Assembly (NCBI RefSeq): GCF_018977255.1
Contig: NW_024704743.1
Location: 11,410,001 to 11,474,000, forward strand
Length of the DNA stretch: 64,000 nucleotides
Direction of reading: 5' to 3'
Source of the DNA: Callorhinchus milii
Lineage: Eukaryota
A program made the position numbers and the translations under genes. The notes under the pieces are model-generated. The model was not told the origin of the DNA. It did no database searches and saw only the letters and a list, made by a program, of their open reading frames with translations. Each line of letters opens with the position of its first letter. Position 1 is the first letter of the stretch. Positions 36,971 to 50,022 of this stretch are shown here, one piece after another.

Positions 36971-39379
36971 CCTAGTGGTAAGTTAGTTGATTGGCGGATT
37001 CCTTTATGGGGGTAATCATCCTTAAAAAAAGTGTTTGTGTGACACTGTTATGCAAGTGACAGCTGAGATTCTCCCACAAATACACAGTCAATCCACTTTA
37101 CAATATATTCTATGAAGAGCTTTGAGGCATCTCAACGACGTGATAAGGTGCTATAATCAAATGCAAGGATTATTATTATTTAAATCCCACCTTAAAATCT
37201 ACGCCTTTTCACCACATGGGTCACCTCCAACCCTGCACTGTGTGAAGGACACTATAACAATAATAATCCTTGCATTTGATATAGCGCCTTATCATGTCTT
37301 CAAGATGTCTCATAGCGCTTCAAGAGAATACACTGCAAAGTGAATTGACTATATTTTGTGGGTGAAATGAGGCATTAATATTATTATTATTACTTTATTA
37401 TTACATTTTCTGACTCACGGAATAAACCTGACATTTGACACCTGCGGTTCCTGACATGGCGTATCGCTGTACCATCCATACTGTGCGCTGTTGCTGGGTT
37501 CCCTGCTCTGTTTCTGTTCCATTGTAAGGGCCAGTGGGTGGGGAGAGATTAGTGCTTGCAATACATTGTCAATGCAGGAAGCTGGCAGAACCCTGCCGTG
37601 TTCCTGCTGTAAGAGAAGCTAATCCCCACGGTGTCTCATCACATTTACTATAAAACCTACAGCAGATTGTAGGGCACAGACACACCCAGCAACGTTCCGA
37701 GTTACATCTGAGAGCACGATGGATTCTAACCCCGGGAGCTGGGATAGTACTCCCGATAGGAGTGAGGGCTTGGGGGAGGAGGTATCTTAAATTCTTCCAG
37801 GACAATTTGGCAAATCTGTCAATTATTTCAGTCATTCACTCTATGGCTTTTTGTGGGGACTTTGCTGCCATGTTCGAGAATTGGCTGCCTCATTCACCTA
37901 CAAAATTTATGGTCTCCTCACTTTACTGTATATCCGATATTAAAGGAACTCTATCAAATGCAAGGAATGCCCCAAATAAAATTGGTCACTCATTTCATAG
38001 CTATTTGTGGGACATTGTTGTGCGCAATTGTGCTGCTGCATTTGCCTACAAATGCAGTCACTTCATTTCACAGTAATATCACAGTTGTGAAGCGCTTTGA
38101 GACATCCTTCCGACTCAGAGCTATACCAAATGCAAGGATTATGATTAATGGCCTGCTTCATATTTTGTAAAGCGCTTTGACATCTCAAAGTGTTTTCCAG
38201 AATATACTGTAAAGTGAATTGACTGTATATTATGTGGGCGAAACTATAGAAATGCAAGTTGTTGCATTCAATTGAGACATTGAAAGGAGCGATCAGGCCC
38301 CCTCTGGCTGTATGTGGGCTGAGCCTTACCATTTTATCGAACGATCAGGTTCTGGTCGTATCCCTCACGGCTGTTTGCGGGACATTGCTGTGCGCAAACA
38401 GCTGCATTCGCCTGCAAAATACACAGCTGCTGCACTTTACAGTGAAAATCCTGTGCAGTGCTTTGCGACATTCTCCCGATGTGAAAGGTGCTATATAAAA
38501 TGCAAGGACTATTGATTATTTATAAATAATAATTTAGAATTATTATTATGATACAGGGTTCACTAATATTAAGGCTCCCAAAAAAGGCAAGTTGTTGCAT
38601 TTATTTTATAAATTAACAGCGTGGCTGCCCCAGATCAGTCCTTTCGCTTCTCACTATTCTCCGGTTGATCTCTGCCCCCGATCCCACCCATCACTCTGCT
38701 CTCCCCTCGCTGACTACAGTTCCCGTCTTCATTCACAACATTCTTTCTTTCCGAGTGACTGGGCTGCATTGACTCCAACCAAAGTCAGAAATTATTAACT
38801 GTTCGGCTGGAGAGGATGATGATTTACAAAGTGTGTACACATGAAATAGTAAACCTACATAACGCTTTCATACATCCTGATCAATACTTCAGAGCTCTGC
38901 TCCCATAGCTGAACTCTGAATTTCATACTTCAGGTGACCAAAGCTCCTCCTGGATCTATACCTTTTCCTTACCATTTTAGAGCATTTAGAGTAATTTTTA
39001 AATAAAAAAATACTATTGTACTAATAATCTTTGTATATCATGCAGCACCTTTCATGTCAGGAAGTCGTTTCAAAGCTCTTCACAGGATATAATCTAAATT
39101 GCAGTGTCTGTGTAGGCAAACACAGCAGCCAATTTGCACATAACAATGTTTACTTTCTCAGCCCCCTCAACACCCATGAAGTGAATGACCTGATTGTTGG
39201 CCAGGACACTGGGAGAAACAGTATTTCTCTTTTTGAACAGTAGTTTAACATAACATAATATGTAGGAGCAGGAGTAGGCCATTCAGCCCTTCGAGCCTGC
39301 CCCACCATTCAATCATGGCTGATCTTCTAATCCAACTCCAGCTAATAACCTGACCCTGCCTTATCCCCATATCCCTTAA

Positions 39380-42130
39380 TCTCTGTTGCAATAAGAAATC
39401 TATCTCAGTCTTGAATATGTTCAAGGACTGAGCGTCAACAATCCTTTGGGATAGCGAGTTCCATACATTCACTACCCTTTGAGTGAAGAAGTTCTTCCTC
39501 AACTCAGTGCAAAAGGGCTGGCCTCTGATTTTAAGGTTGTGACCCCTGGTTTTAGTTTCTCCAACCAGGGGAAACAATCTCCCACTATCTACTCTATCAT
39601 GCGCTTTGATGATCTTATAGGTTTCTGTAAGATCCCCTCTAATTCTTCTATATTCTAGAGAATATAGGCCCAAATTGGTCAGTCTATCCTCGTAACTCAT
39701 CCCCTTCATCCCTGGTACTAACCTAGTAAATCTACGCTGCACCCCCTCAAAGGCAAGTACATCCTTCCTTAAATAAGGAGACCAAAACTGCACACAGTAT
39801 TCCAGGTGTGGTCTCACCAGGGCCCTATACAGTTGCAGCAAGACTTCCCTACTCTTATACTCTAATCCTTTCATAATGAATGCTAACATACCGTTCACCT
39901 TCCTAATTTCTTGCTGCACCTGCAGACTAACTTTGTGTGATTGGTGTACAAGGACACCCAAGTCCCTCTGGACGCTAACACATTCCAATCTCTCCCCTTC
40001 TAAAAAATAACCCGCTCTACTGTTTTTGCTACCGAGGTGGATGACTTCGCACTTCCCTACATTATACTTCATCTGCCACCTACCTGCCCAATCACCTAAC
40101 CTATCTATGTCTCGCTGCATTTTTTAAATGTTGTCCTCTGTGTTGATACTTCCTCCTAATTTTGTGTCATCCGTGAATTTAGATATATTGACTTCGATGT
40201 CCTCATCTAGATCGTTGATGTCGATGGTAAATAGCTGAGGCCCAAGGACTGATCCTTGTGGCATTCCACTAGTCACATCCCGCCAATCTGAAAAGGACCC
40301 TTTTATCCTTACTCTTTGTCTCCTACCCGTTAACTATTCCCCATATGCTCCCCCCAATTCCATGGGCCCTTATCTTTTGGACTAACCTTTTATGCGGCAC
40401 CTTATCGAATGCTTTCTAGAAGTCCAAATAGACCACATCCACTGATTCACCCTTATCTAGTTTACTGGAAATATCCTCAAAAAACTCTTATGAGGTTTGA
40501 CAATCGTGACTTCCCTTTTGTAAAGCCGTGTTGACTTGGCCTAATTATATTGTGCTCCCCTAAATACCGCACTACCACATCCTTAACCAACGATTCTAAC
40601 ATTTTTCCCATCACTGATGTGAGACTAACTGGCCTATAGATCCCCATCTTTTCCTTTCCACCTTTTTTAAATAGTGGTGTGACATTTGCGATCTTCCAAT
40701 CCATGGGGACTGTTCCAGAATCCAAGGAATTTTGGAAGATCAGACACAAGGCCTCCACTATCTCATAAGCTACTTCTTTTAAAACCCTGGGATGCAAGCC
40801 ATCCGGACCAGGGGATTTATCACCTTTTAGTGCTAACAGTTTCCCTAGCACCAATTCTCTACTAATGAAAATTTCCCTAAGTTGCTCCCTGTCCTTATCC
40901 CTTGGTGCATCTCTATTGTTGGCAGACTTGTTGTGTCTTCTAGGGTGAAGACAGATGCAAAGTACCCATTTAGGGACTCTGCCATGTCCTTATCCCCCAT
41001 TACAACTTCTCCCGTCTCTGACTGAAGTGGACCTACATTTACCCTCACTAGCCTATTCCTCTTAATATATTTGTAAAAACTTTTACAATCAGACTTAATG
41101 TTCCTAGCTAGCTTACCCTCATACTCCTTTTTCTCGCTCTTAATGAGTTTCTCAGTTTTATTTTGCTGGTTTCTAAAACTTTCCCAATCTTCAGATTGCT
41201 TTTCTTGGCAGTTTTATAAGCCTTTTCTTTTAATTTGATGCTTTTCCTAACTACTCTAGTTAGCCACGGATGAATTGCTTTCCCAGTACTCTTATTCCGC
41301 AAAGGAATATGCGACCGCTGAGAATTTTGCACTACATCCTTAAATATTTGCCATTGTTGGTCTACATTTTTACCTCTTAATCTTACTCTCCAGTCTATTT
41401 TACCTAAATCTTTCCTCATACCCACAAAATGAGCCCTATTTAAATTCAGAATACTTGCCTCGGATTTAACTATATTCCTCTCTAACTTAATGCAGAATTC
41501 AATCATATTGTGATAGAGGATTCTTAATACCTACGCTGCCAACTAGCCCTGTTTCGTTACACAAAACAAGGTCTAGAATGGCCTGTCCCCTAGTTGGTTC
41601 CTCAGCATGCTGCTCCAGAAAGTTATCTCTCATACACTCAATGAACTCTTCTTCTGACCTACTTTTGCCGATTTGGTTTTCCCAATCTATGTGGAGATTG
41701 AAATCACCCACTATTATCGCTTTACCTTTCCTACATGCTCCACTTATTTCTTGATTAATACCCTGTGCTATATTGTGATCAATGTTTGGGGGTCTATAAA
41801 CCACTCCCATTAATATTTTCTGTCCTTTATTATTTTTTATTTCCACCCATATTGTCTCGACCTCCTGGTCATCGGATTTCAGATCCTTCCTCTCCACTGC
41901 TTTTATTTCATCCCTAATTAACAGGACTACTCCCCCCACCTCTTTTCCCACAGTGCCTATCTTTCCTGTAAACTGAGACCCCTGGAATATTTAACTCCCA
42001 CCCTAGATCTCCTTGTAACCATGTTTCAGTGATCGCTACTAGATCGTACCCATCTGTGTCTATCTGTGCTTTTAATTCATCAGTTTTATTCTGAATGCTT
42101 TGCGCATTCAGATATAACATTTTTAATTTC
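39380..42130 (-). pseudogene. CR1 ORF2: APE endonuclease + reverse transcriptase (frameshifted)
   Basis: YLNAQSI..AITETWL; GVVYRPP..VGDFN..PTRGQAILDLVL; SPGPDGLHP..YRPVSLTS..QHGF; WQMKYNVGKC..LVRPHLEYCVQFWSP. Confidence 0.92.
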
Positions 42131-42289
42131 CTACCATTTCCTCTGCTCTGATTCCTTATCTACTTTGCCAAGCTTCTTACCCCTAGTTAACATATTCCTA
42201 TTATCTGGCATGCTATTCTGCTCTGTCATCTTTACTTTTTCTAATGCTAACTTATGGTTTCTCTTACCTTACCCCACCCCTTTACTAGT

Positions 42290-43525
42290 TTAAATTCCTA
42301 TTTATTTCCCTGTTAATTCGTTTAGCTAGGACATTTGTCCCAGCACGATTTAAATGCAGCCCTCTTCTCCGAAAGAGCTCTCTTTTCCCCCAATACTTGT
42401 GTCAATGGCCCATAAAAAGAAACCACTCATTTAGCCATGCGTTCAAGTCCTTAACTTGTTTGTTCCTGTACCAATTGTCGTATGGTACAGGCAGCAGTCC
42501 CGATATTACCACCTTTGATGATCTCAACTTCAATTTGGACCCCAGCTCTTCGAATTCCCTTCTCAAATCATCTTGGCCAACTCTACCGATGTTATTGGTA
42601 TCTATGCGAAGTACCACCAACGGATCCTTGCCCTCATGTTTTAAATTATCCTCTAGCCCTGCCGAGACATCTTTCACCCCGGCCCCAGGGAGGCAACAAA
42701 GCCTTTGAGTCTTCTGGTTGGTGATGCAGATGATTGTGGAGTCCTGTAGCTCAGTGGTTAGAGCACTCGCTTTGCAAGCGAGAGACCTGAGTTCAATTCC
42801 AGGCAGGGCGAAACCTTGGGCAAGTTTCCTTACTCCACACAGAGCCTAATAATAATCCCTCCAAAAAAACAAAACAATAATAAATTGGTCATTTTCAATC
42901 TACGACTGTTTGTGGGACATTGCTGTGCGCAATTGGCTGCCGCGTTTGCCCACAAATATACAGTCAATTCACTTTACAGTGTGTTCTGTGAAGCGCTTTG
43001 GGACGTCCTCCCGACGTGAAAAGCGCTATATCAAATGCAAGGATTATTATTATTATTATTAAGGATTATTATTATTATTGTGTCTGTCTGCCATCTCCAA
43101 TGACAACAACCTCCGCTCTTTTGCCCCAGTGTTAGAGGTAGTTTTTCCTTCCACCTCACCGGCTTCCTTGTCGATACAAGTTCCAAGGATCTCATACCTG
43201 TTGTTCAAGGTTAATGCCGGATTAACTATCACTCTTTCTGTTGTCCCCTGACCTCCTGACTGTCCATTGACCTATCTTGACCATAACCAATGTTGAGTGT
43301 ATATTCTCTCAGGGGAGTAACTGGCTACAGGATGTAGCTATCCAGGAAGCACTCACTGTCTCTGATACTCCGTAGTGTCTGCACCTCGGATTCCAGCTCA
43401 GCCACTCCGAGCTGGAGCTGCCTCAGTTGCAGACATCTTCTTCAGATGTGGTCGCCCGGGGTCAGACTGCCCTTCATCAGCTCCCATATGTCACACTCCT
43501 CACATAATACCTGCCACACCATTAT
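42290..43525 (-). pseudogene. CR1 ORF1: zinc finger/leucine zipper + SGNH esterase-like domain, split by a SINE
   Basis: CEECDIW..RCLQLRQLQLGVAELESEVQTLRSIR near 43370-43520; LPGAGVKDVS..IDTNNIGR..VVISGLLPVP..LNAWL in 42402-42700. Confidence 0.8.
42738..43076 (+). mobile_element. Young Deu-domain tRNA SINE inserted into CR1 ORF1
   Basis: Young consensus; ATTGT TSD; duplicated AAGG(ATT)n tail. Confidence 0.95.
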
Positions 43526-44245
43526 CACCTCTTCCAACCTGAGTAGGTCAATCAAATAACTTAAGTTAATTAAGTTAATTAGGTTAAGTTAATTAAGTTT
43601 TAAGTCAATCAAGTTGATCCAATTAAGTTGATCAAGTTAACTTAAACCAATCAAGGTAAGTTGATCAAGTTAAGTGGTGTGTGATGTGGTGATAGTTGTT
43701 AGTTTACTGTTGTTACTGACGTTGCTCTGATGTCACTTTTTAAGTTTCTCGCTGGTTTATTTATTTGCTGACACCGCCCCTCGCTCTCGTGCCGCTGACT
43801 GGCTGACATCCACCTGAAGAGTTAGACAGGACCTCGGTTTAACATTTCAGCCAAAGGATGCCACCTCCAACTATGCAACACCTCCCCAGTACCGCACTAA
43901 AGTGTCAGCCTGGACTGTGACTGTGAGTTCAAAGACCCGATGTGGGGCTTGAACCCACAACCTTCTGACTGCAATCAGTTCTGGTCACTACGACATAAGG
44001 GGGCTGGCTTCCTGGAACTTGGAGGCAGTGCAAAGGAGAATGAGAACGATCTCCAATGTTACCAGAATGAGCTATGAGCAACGCTTAGGTAAGCTAGGGC
44101 TCTTGAATCTTGAGAGAAGATGACTCAGAGGGACCTCATAGAGGTGTATAACATTTTAAAGGGGGTTGAGAAAGTAAACTCAGTTCAGTACTTTAGGATT
44201 CACTATGACAACAGAACAAGAGGTTGTTCTCATGGAAGGACATCT

Positions 44246-44865
44246 AGAATCATAGAATTGTACAGCACAGAAGGAGGCTATTCAGCCCATCGTGTTTGTG
44301 CTGGCTCTTTGAAAAGAGCTATCCAAATCAATCCCACTCCCCCACTTTCTCCCCATAGCCCTGCAAACGTGTAATTATCTACTTCTCTTTTAAAAGTTAT
44401 TATCGAATTCCACCACCCATTCAGGCAATGCATTCCAGATCTGAACAAATTGCTGCATAAAATTTTTCTCCTCACCTCCTCTGTTTCTTTGCACAACTAT
44501 TTTAAGTCAGTGTCCTTGGGTTAGCGACCCACTCACCAGTGGAAATAGTTTCTCCTGTTCACCCTATCGAATCCCCTCATAACTTTTGAAAACTTCTATT
44601 AAGTCTCCTCTTACTCTTCTTTGCTCAAGGAGAATAATCTTAGCTTCTCTATCCTCTCCTGATAACTGAAATCCCTCATTCCTGGTACTATCCTGGTAAA
44701 TCGCCTTTGCACCCTCTCCAATGCCTTGACATCCTTCCTAAAGAACTGAACACAGTCTCTAGCTGAGGCCTAACCAGTGTTTTATAAAGGTTCATCATAA
44801 CTTCCTGACTTTTATATTCTATGCCCCTACTTATAAAGTCTAGTATCCCATATTCCTTTTTATAG
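44246..44865 (-). mobile_element. CR1 3' fragment nested antisense in another CR1 fragment (43985-45000, +)
   Basis: Reverse complement of the 36362 family; host has RDLIEVYNILKGVEKV..RTRG. Confidence 0.8.
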
Positions 44866-45279
44866 ATTTACTTATATCTACTAGAAGGCCAGGTTACTGG
44901 GACAAATTTAAAAAGCAGCTCATGGTTGGGTGGGTGTTCTGGAAGGATGAGATCAGATGGGCCAAAGGGCCTTTTTCATCTGAGCTGATCTTATGAATCA
45001 GAAACGAGAGTGTTACCAAATATGCCAGGCTAACACACTAATGCAGGAACTCCATTAAATGCACCAGTACCTATGTTTGTGACATTACTGTCTGGTAACA
45101 TTTCCCTCTCATCTGAGCTACTCAGTATGGATCAAGCTGCCCTTTTCCTTATGGCTCACTATCAGGATTGATCTCACGCCCAATGCAGTGGATTTGTTTG
45201 AATCATACATCAGCGCAGGATAGAGCTTGTAATATTTATCAAGACTGGGAGCCCATAATTGAGGTTTGAACCAGAATGT

Positions 45280-45696
45280 TACCCTGGCTTAGTTGGTAGC
45301 AGTCTCACCTCTGAGTCAGAAGATTATGGGTTCAAGCCCCACTTCAGGACTTGGAACTCATATAGTCTAAGCTGACACTCCAACACAGTACTGGGAATGT
45401 GCTTTATTGCTGGAGATGCCATCCTTCCAGTTTGTACCTGTTCAGGTGAACATTAAAGATTCTGTGGCGCTATTCAAAACGTGGTGGGAGTTTCCCCAGC
45501 ATCATGGCCAACAATCTCCAGATAAAATTAGTCCTTCACTTCATGACTATTTGTGGGACATTGTTGTGTGCAAATTGGCTGCCATGTTTGCCCACACAAA
45601 AAAATTACTATCCCTTATCCCTTATCCTGTGAAGCACTTTGAGATGTCCTCCCGATATGAAAGGCAATGTATCAAATGTAAGGATTATTATTATTA
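45280..45696 (+). mobile_element. Older Deu-domain SINE
   Basis: tRNA head, Deu core, ATT tail. Confidence 0.75.
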
Positions 45697-48600
45697 AAGT
45701 CTTTGTCCCTTTTGTAACCAAGCTTTTAAAATTTAGGTCCTGCCTATTCATGACTCAGGAGGTTCTAGGATATTTTTAGCATTTTAAAGAAAAGTAAGCA
45801 TTTTTCTTTTAGGCTTCTGTCTTAAGTTTCCTCCTTATCCAAAGTCATCACAAAATTCAAACTAATTGGTTATCCATCTCTGACTTTAACCTATGGGCTA
45901 ATGCCAACCACCTGACCGCTCGCTCCCAGTCCCCGCGTGTGCATTATGGCTGCCGCTCTAACCCGAGCCCCCTCACCCCCTCCCTCCCTCCCCCCAATGC
46001 ATCTCTCCCGCTCTGTCCTCCTCTCTCTCCGTCCCCCTCGCCTTCTATCTCCACTTGACCCTCCCTCAACCTCCCTCTGTTCCTGCCTGGGAATCCTCCG
46101 CCTGGCTCACCGTGACACTCAGCGTTGGCTGTCCAGCAGCAGCCTCACCGAATGCCCCATTCCCCACCACACTCGCTTCTCTTTGACCGTGCCTTCAGCT
46201 CCCCTCTCGACTCTCTACCCCCTCCTCGCTCCCTCCCTTCCCTCACCGTGACCATTTCCCTCCTGAGCGGGTCCTGACCCAACTGTCCAGCACCTTGGGA
46301 CGTCCTCCCGACGTGAAAGGCGCTCTATAAATGAAATCTTGTTGTTGTTGTTGTTAACGTCTCATACGAAGGATGGCACCTCCAACAATCCAACGAAACC
46401 CCAGTACAATATTAGACTATATGGGCTCCAAGTCCCAACATGGGAGTTGACGCAGAAACTTCTGTCTTACTACAACAACAACAAGATTACATTTGTATAG
46501 CGCCTTTCACGTCGGGAGGACATCCCAAGGTGTTAGAGGTGAGTGAACTGAGCCAAGCTGACACAAATGGGATAGAGGAAGTAAACATGGAGCAGTACTT
46601 TCAACACCAGCAACTTGCATTCATATGGTTCCCATCACGAGGAGTAGAGTCGGAGTGCTTTCCACATGTGCTTTGTCAGCACTTTTCATATACACCAAAG
46701 TAACTGGAGAAGAGGACACAAGTTCCAGGATTGTGAAGGCCAAGGTTAAGCCACACCCCCAGGAAGTACACACAGAGGGCGAACGACAGTTTGAACCAGG
46801 AACAACGTACATTTATATAGCCCTTCATGCAAGGTAGTGTCCTAGACACTTGGCAATGGCAGAGCACAACGCTGAGTCAGGGGAGGTGTTCGTAGGTATG
46901 GTCACAGCGGAAGGTTTCCAGGTGCATGTATATGGGTAAGTAGCGGACAAGGCGGATGGATTGAGGGAAAGTGTTCCAGAGTCCTGGGACACAGTGGCTG
47001 AAAGAGTGGTCACCAATGGTGGAATGGCGGGCGTAAGAGACATGCGGGCAGCTGGAGTCAGTCGAGTGGAGTCAACCAGTAGTGGGTTGGGGAGCAGATT
47101 GGAGAGGTAAGGGAGGTGCCAGGGCATGAAGGGATTTGAAATTTTAACTTTTATATTTCTTTTATACAATTTATCTACGATCTGACAGCAGAAATCAACC
47201 TCAAGACTGTGCCCGGTTGTGTAGAGCTCAGAGAGAAAGAGATCTGTCCCACGCCACACCTGCTGACTCCTCCCAGGCCGGTGGTCGGGAAGGGGTGTGG
47301 GATCTTGAAATTGATCCATCCAGTGGTAGGGAGCCAGTAGAGAGTGGCTAGAACTGGTTAGAACTAGTGTGATAAGGATACAGAATTTATAACAACTACA
47401 ACTAGCATTCATATTGTGCCTTCACACAAGGTAGAGCTTCGGAAGGATGGTGGAGGTTTAGGTCCTAGTCTCATTTAAAAACAGCTTAATGTGGGATGGG
47501 AGGCTTGGAACAAGTTACAAACCAGAAGTTGAGAGCAGAGGTCATAGGCAGTAGAATGGAGGATCTTCCGTAAGCAGGGTCACGTATGAAAAGACCACAA
47601 CTAACATGACAAAGATCCGTCCTACTCTTTGACTGTGGTTTCAGTCATCCCTCCCACCCGGCTCCCACCTGCACCTCACGTACCAAACTAGGGTTGTTAA
47701 GCACCTTGGGATGTCTTCCATAAAGACATTATATAAATGTAAATTTATATTGTATTGTAACTTGGCTAACATAGAGAAATGTAAATTCTATTGTATTATA
47801 ATGCAATTTACATTTATTTAGCACCTTTCACATGGGGAAAACATCGCAAAGCGCTTGACAATGCAGGGTGGGCACCCTGAGCTTGGGGATGGAGCCGAGG
47901 GGGTTTAGGAGGTGGGGAGAATAATGCAACTAACTTGCACCTCTATTAATATTTCCATTGTGCTCATATGACCCTGCCATTCGACAAGGACAAGTGTTGT
48001 GTTTCTAAGTGAGAAATATTCTGCTCTCCAGTGTATTTATCATTTGAGACTGTGAATTTCTAAAGAGACATTGAAATCTTCCAGCTCTGAGATATCCCTA
48101 CCTCCATCTCCAGGCTTCTATTAATTGGCCTCAATGCAACCCAAAGAGACATAAACAATATTGCTCTCGCTCTCTGGAGATGAACCAGAGAAAACTCCAA
48201 ACTCCTCTTGGGCAAAAAGCTACAGAAAGGAAAAATGGGAATGAAAAGGACCTTCAACTTGCTTCACTGTCTCTCCAGTTATTGCTGGTATGTAAACCAA
48301 CATTAAAATTAACACAGGAGATTAGTGTAACAATTGACCTAGTTGTCTTCTTGAAGTGAAGCTCTTTGAGATAGAGCAGTCCATCTAGTTTGTCCGAATA
48401 TCTACAAAGTGACAACATTCTGGTGAAGTTTGCAATGTTCCATGTATTAATTAACATGTGAAATGCTAATTAGCCCATTCATTGAAATAGATAATTAGCA
48501 AAAGAATCAGAGGGGAGATGAGGAAACATTTTTTTAACCCAGAGAGTTGTTACAGTCTGCCTGAAAGGATGGTGGAAGCAGATTCGATAATAGGTTTCAA

Positions 48601-48949
48601 AAGGGAATTAGATATGTACGTAAAGGAAAAATCCGCAGGGCGATGGCATAAGAGTGGGGGAGTGGGACAAGTTGGATAGTTCTGGACAGGAACGATGAAC
48701 CGAATGGCCTCCTTCTGTGCTGTAAAATTCTGTGATTCTATCTACCTAATGATAATTAACACACTGACTGCTCCCCAGGTATATTGAAATCAGTCCACTC
48801 ACACTTCCCTCCTCCTCCTCCATTCCTAGGCTCCTTGTGATAATAAAAATAATATTCCTTCCATTTGGTATAACTCCTTTCACACCCAAAGGACGTATCA
48901 AAGTGATTCACAGGATTTTACTGTAAGTGAGGTGACTGGATATTTTATA

Positions 48950-49582
48950 TTGCTTTCTTCCACCTCCACCATAACGTTTGCTTTCGACCATACCTCACAC
49001 CCAACGCAGCTGAAAGCTTCATTCACACTTTAGTCTCCCCCAGCTTTGATTTTTCCAATGCCTTCCTTGCTGGTCTCCCCAGCTCCACCACCCACAAAAT
49101 CCAACTGATCTAAAACTCTGCTGCCCATATTCTCAACTCTACAAAACCCTGCACCCCCATCATCCATTACCTTGCCAGACTCCACTGGCTCCCTATTGCA
49201 GAATGGATTGATTTCAAGATCTTTCCACTTACTCACAAATCAATTCATGCCCTGACACCTCCCTACCTCTCCGATCTACTTACACACCATTCCATTACCT
49301 ACCCCTTCACTCAGCTGGTTCCAGTATCTATATGTCCCTCATCTCCACCGCTCCAACATCAATGGCCGTGCTTTCAGTATGCACTATGCCCCGAAACTCA
49401 GGAACTCTCTGCCCTGAACCCCTCCATCAGCCCCTTCCTTGCCCAACTTCAGATCACATCTGAAGACCTTCCTCTTCAAACACACCTATGGCCAACTCCT
49501 CTTTCATCCTGGTTCGGCATCAAGCTCTGCAACTGTTAATATTACCCACATAAAGGGTGTTATATAATATAAATTGTTGTTG
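48950..49582 (+). mobile_element. L2 LINE 3' fragment
   Basis: Homologous to the 11800-12440 region ([13 protein letters not shown]). Confidence 0.75.
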
Positions 49583-49756
49583 CTTATAGGTGATTGCGTG
49601 TGTTAATGAATGCATCCCATGTCAAAATTATCATATCTCTACCTCTTATTTCACCCACATCTTCCTGATGTGAAAGGCGCTATATAAATGCAATGTATTG
49701 TTATCACTTCTCTTGTTAAGCTTCTATCCAGCGAATTTGCACACAGCAAATTCAAG

Positions 49757-50022
49757 CTAACCAAACCCAACCCAATCCAGCCCAATCCAATCCAATCTAT
49801 TCCAATCCAATGCAACTCAACCCAACCGAACCCAATCTAATGCACTTTCCAATCCCATCTAAACCAACTCAATCCAACCAAACACAATTGAATCTAACCA
49901 AACTCATTCAAACCAAAATTAATCAAATCCAATACTATCCAACTAAATCTAATCCAGTCTAACCAAATCCAATCTGATTCAACCCAATCCAAACCAATTC
50001 AAACCCAATCTAACCAAATCTC
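49757..50022. repeat. Degenerate (CCAAT/CCAAA)n pentamer simple repeat
   Basis: Direct inspection. Confidence 0.85.

Larger units (their letters stand above)
39247..43800 (-). mobile_element. Near full-length CR1 LINE (5' UTR, ORF1, ORF2, 3' tail), decayed
   Basis: Colinear ORF1 and ORF2 fragments; (TATGT)n-like tail at 39247; AT-rich tandem in 5' UTR; 5' limit approximate. Confidence 0.92.

Noticed and set aside
48060..48457. Two adjacent minus-strand ORFs as host exons
   Set aside because: No convincing splice sites or protein similarity
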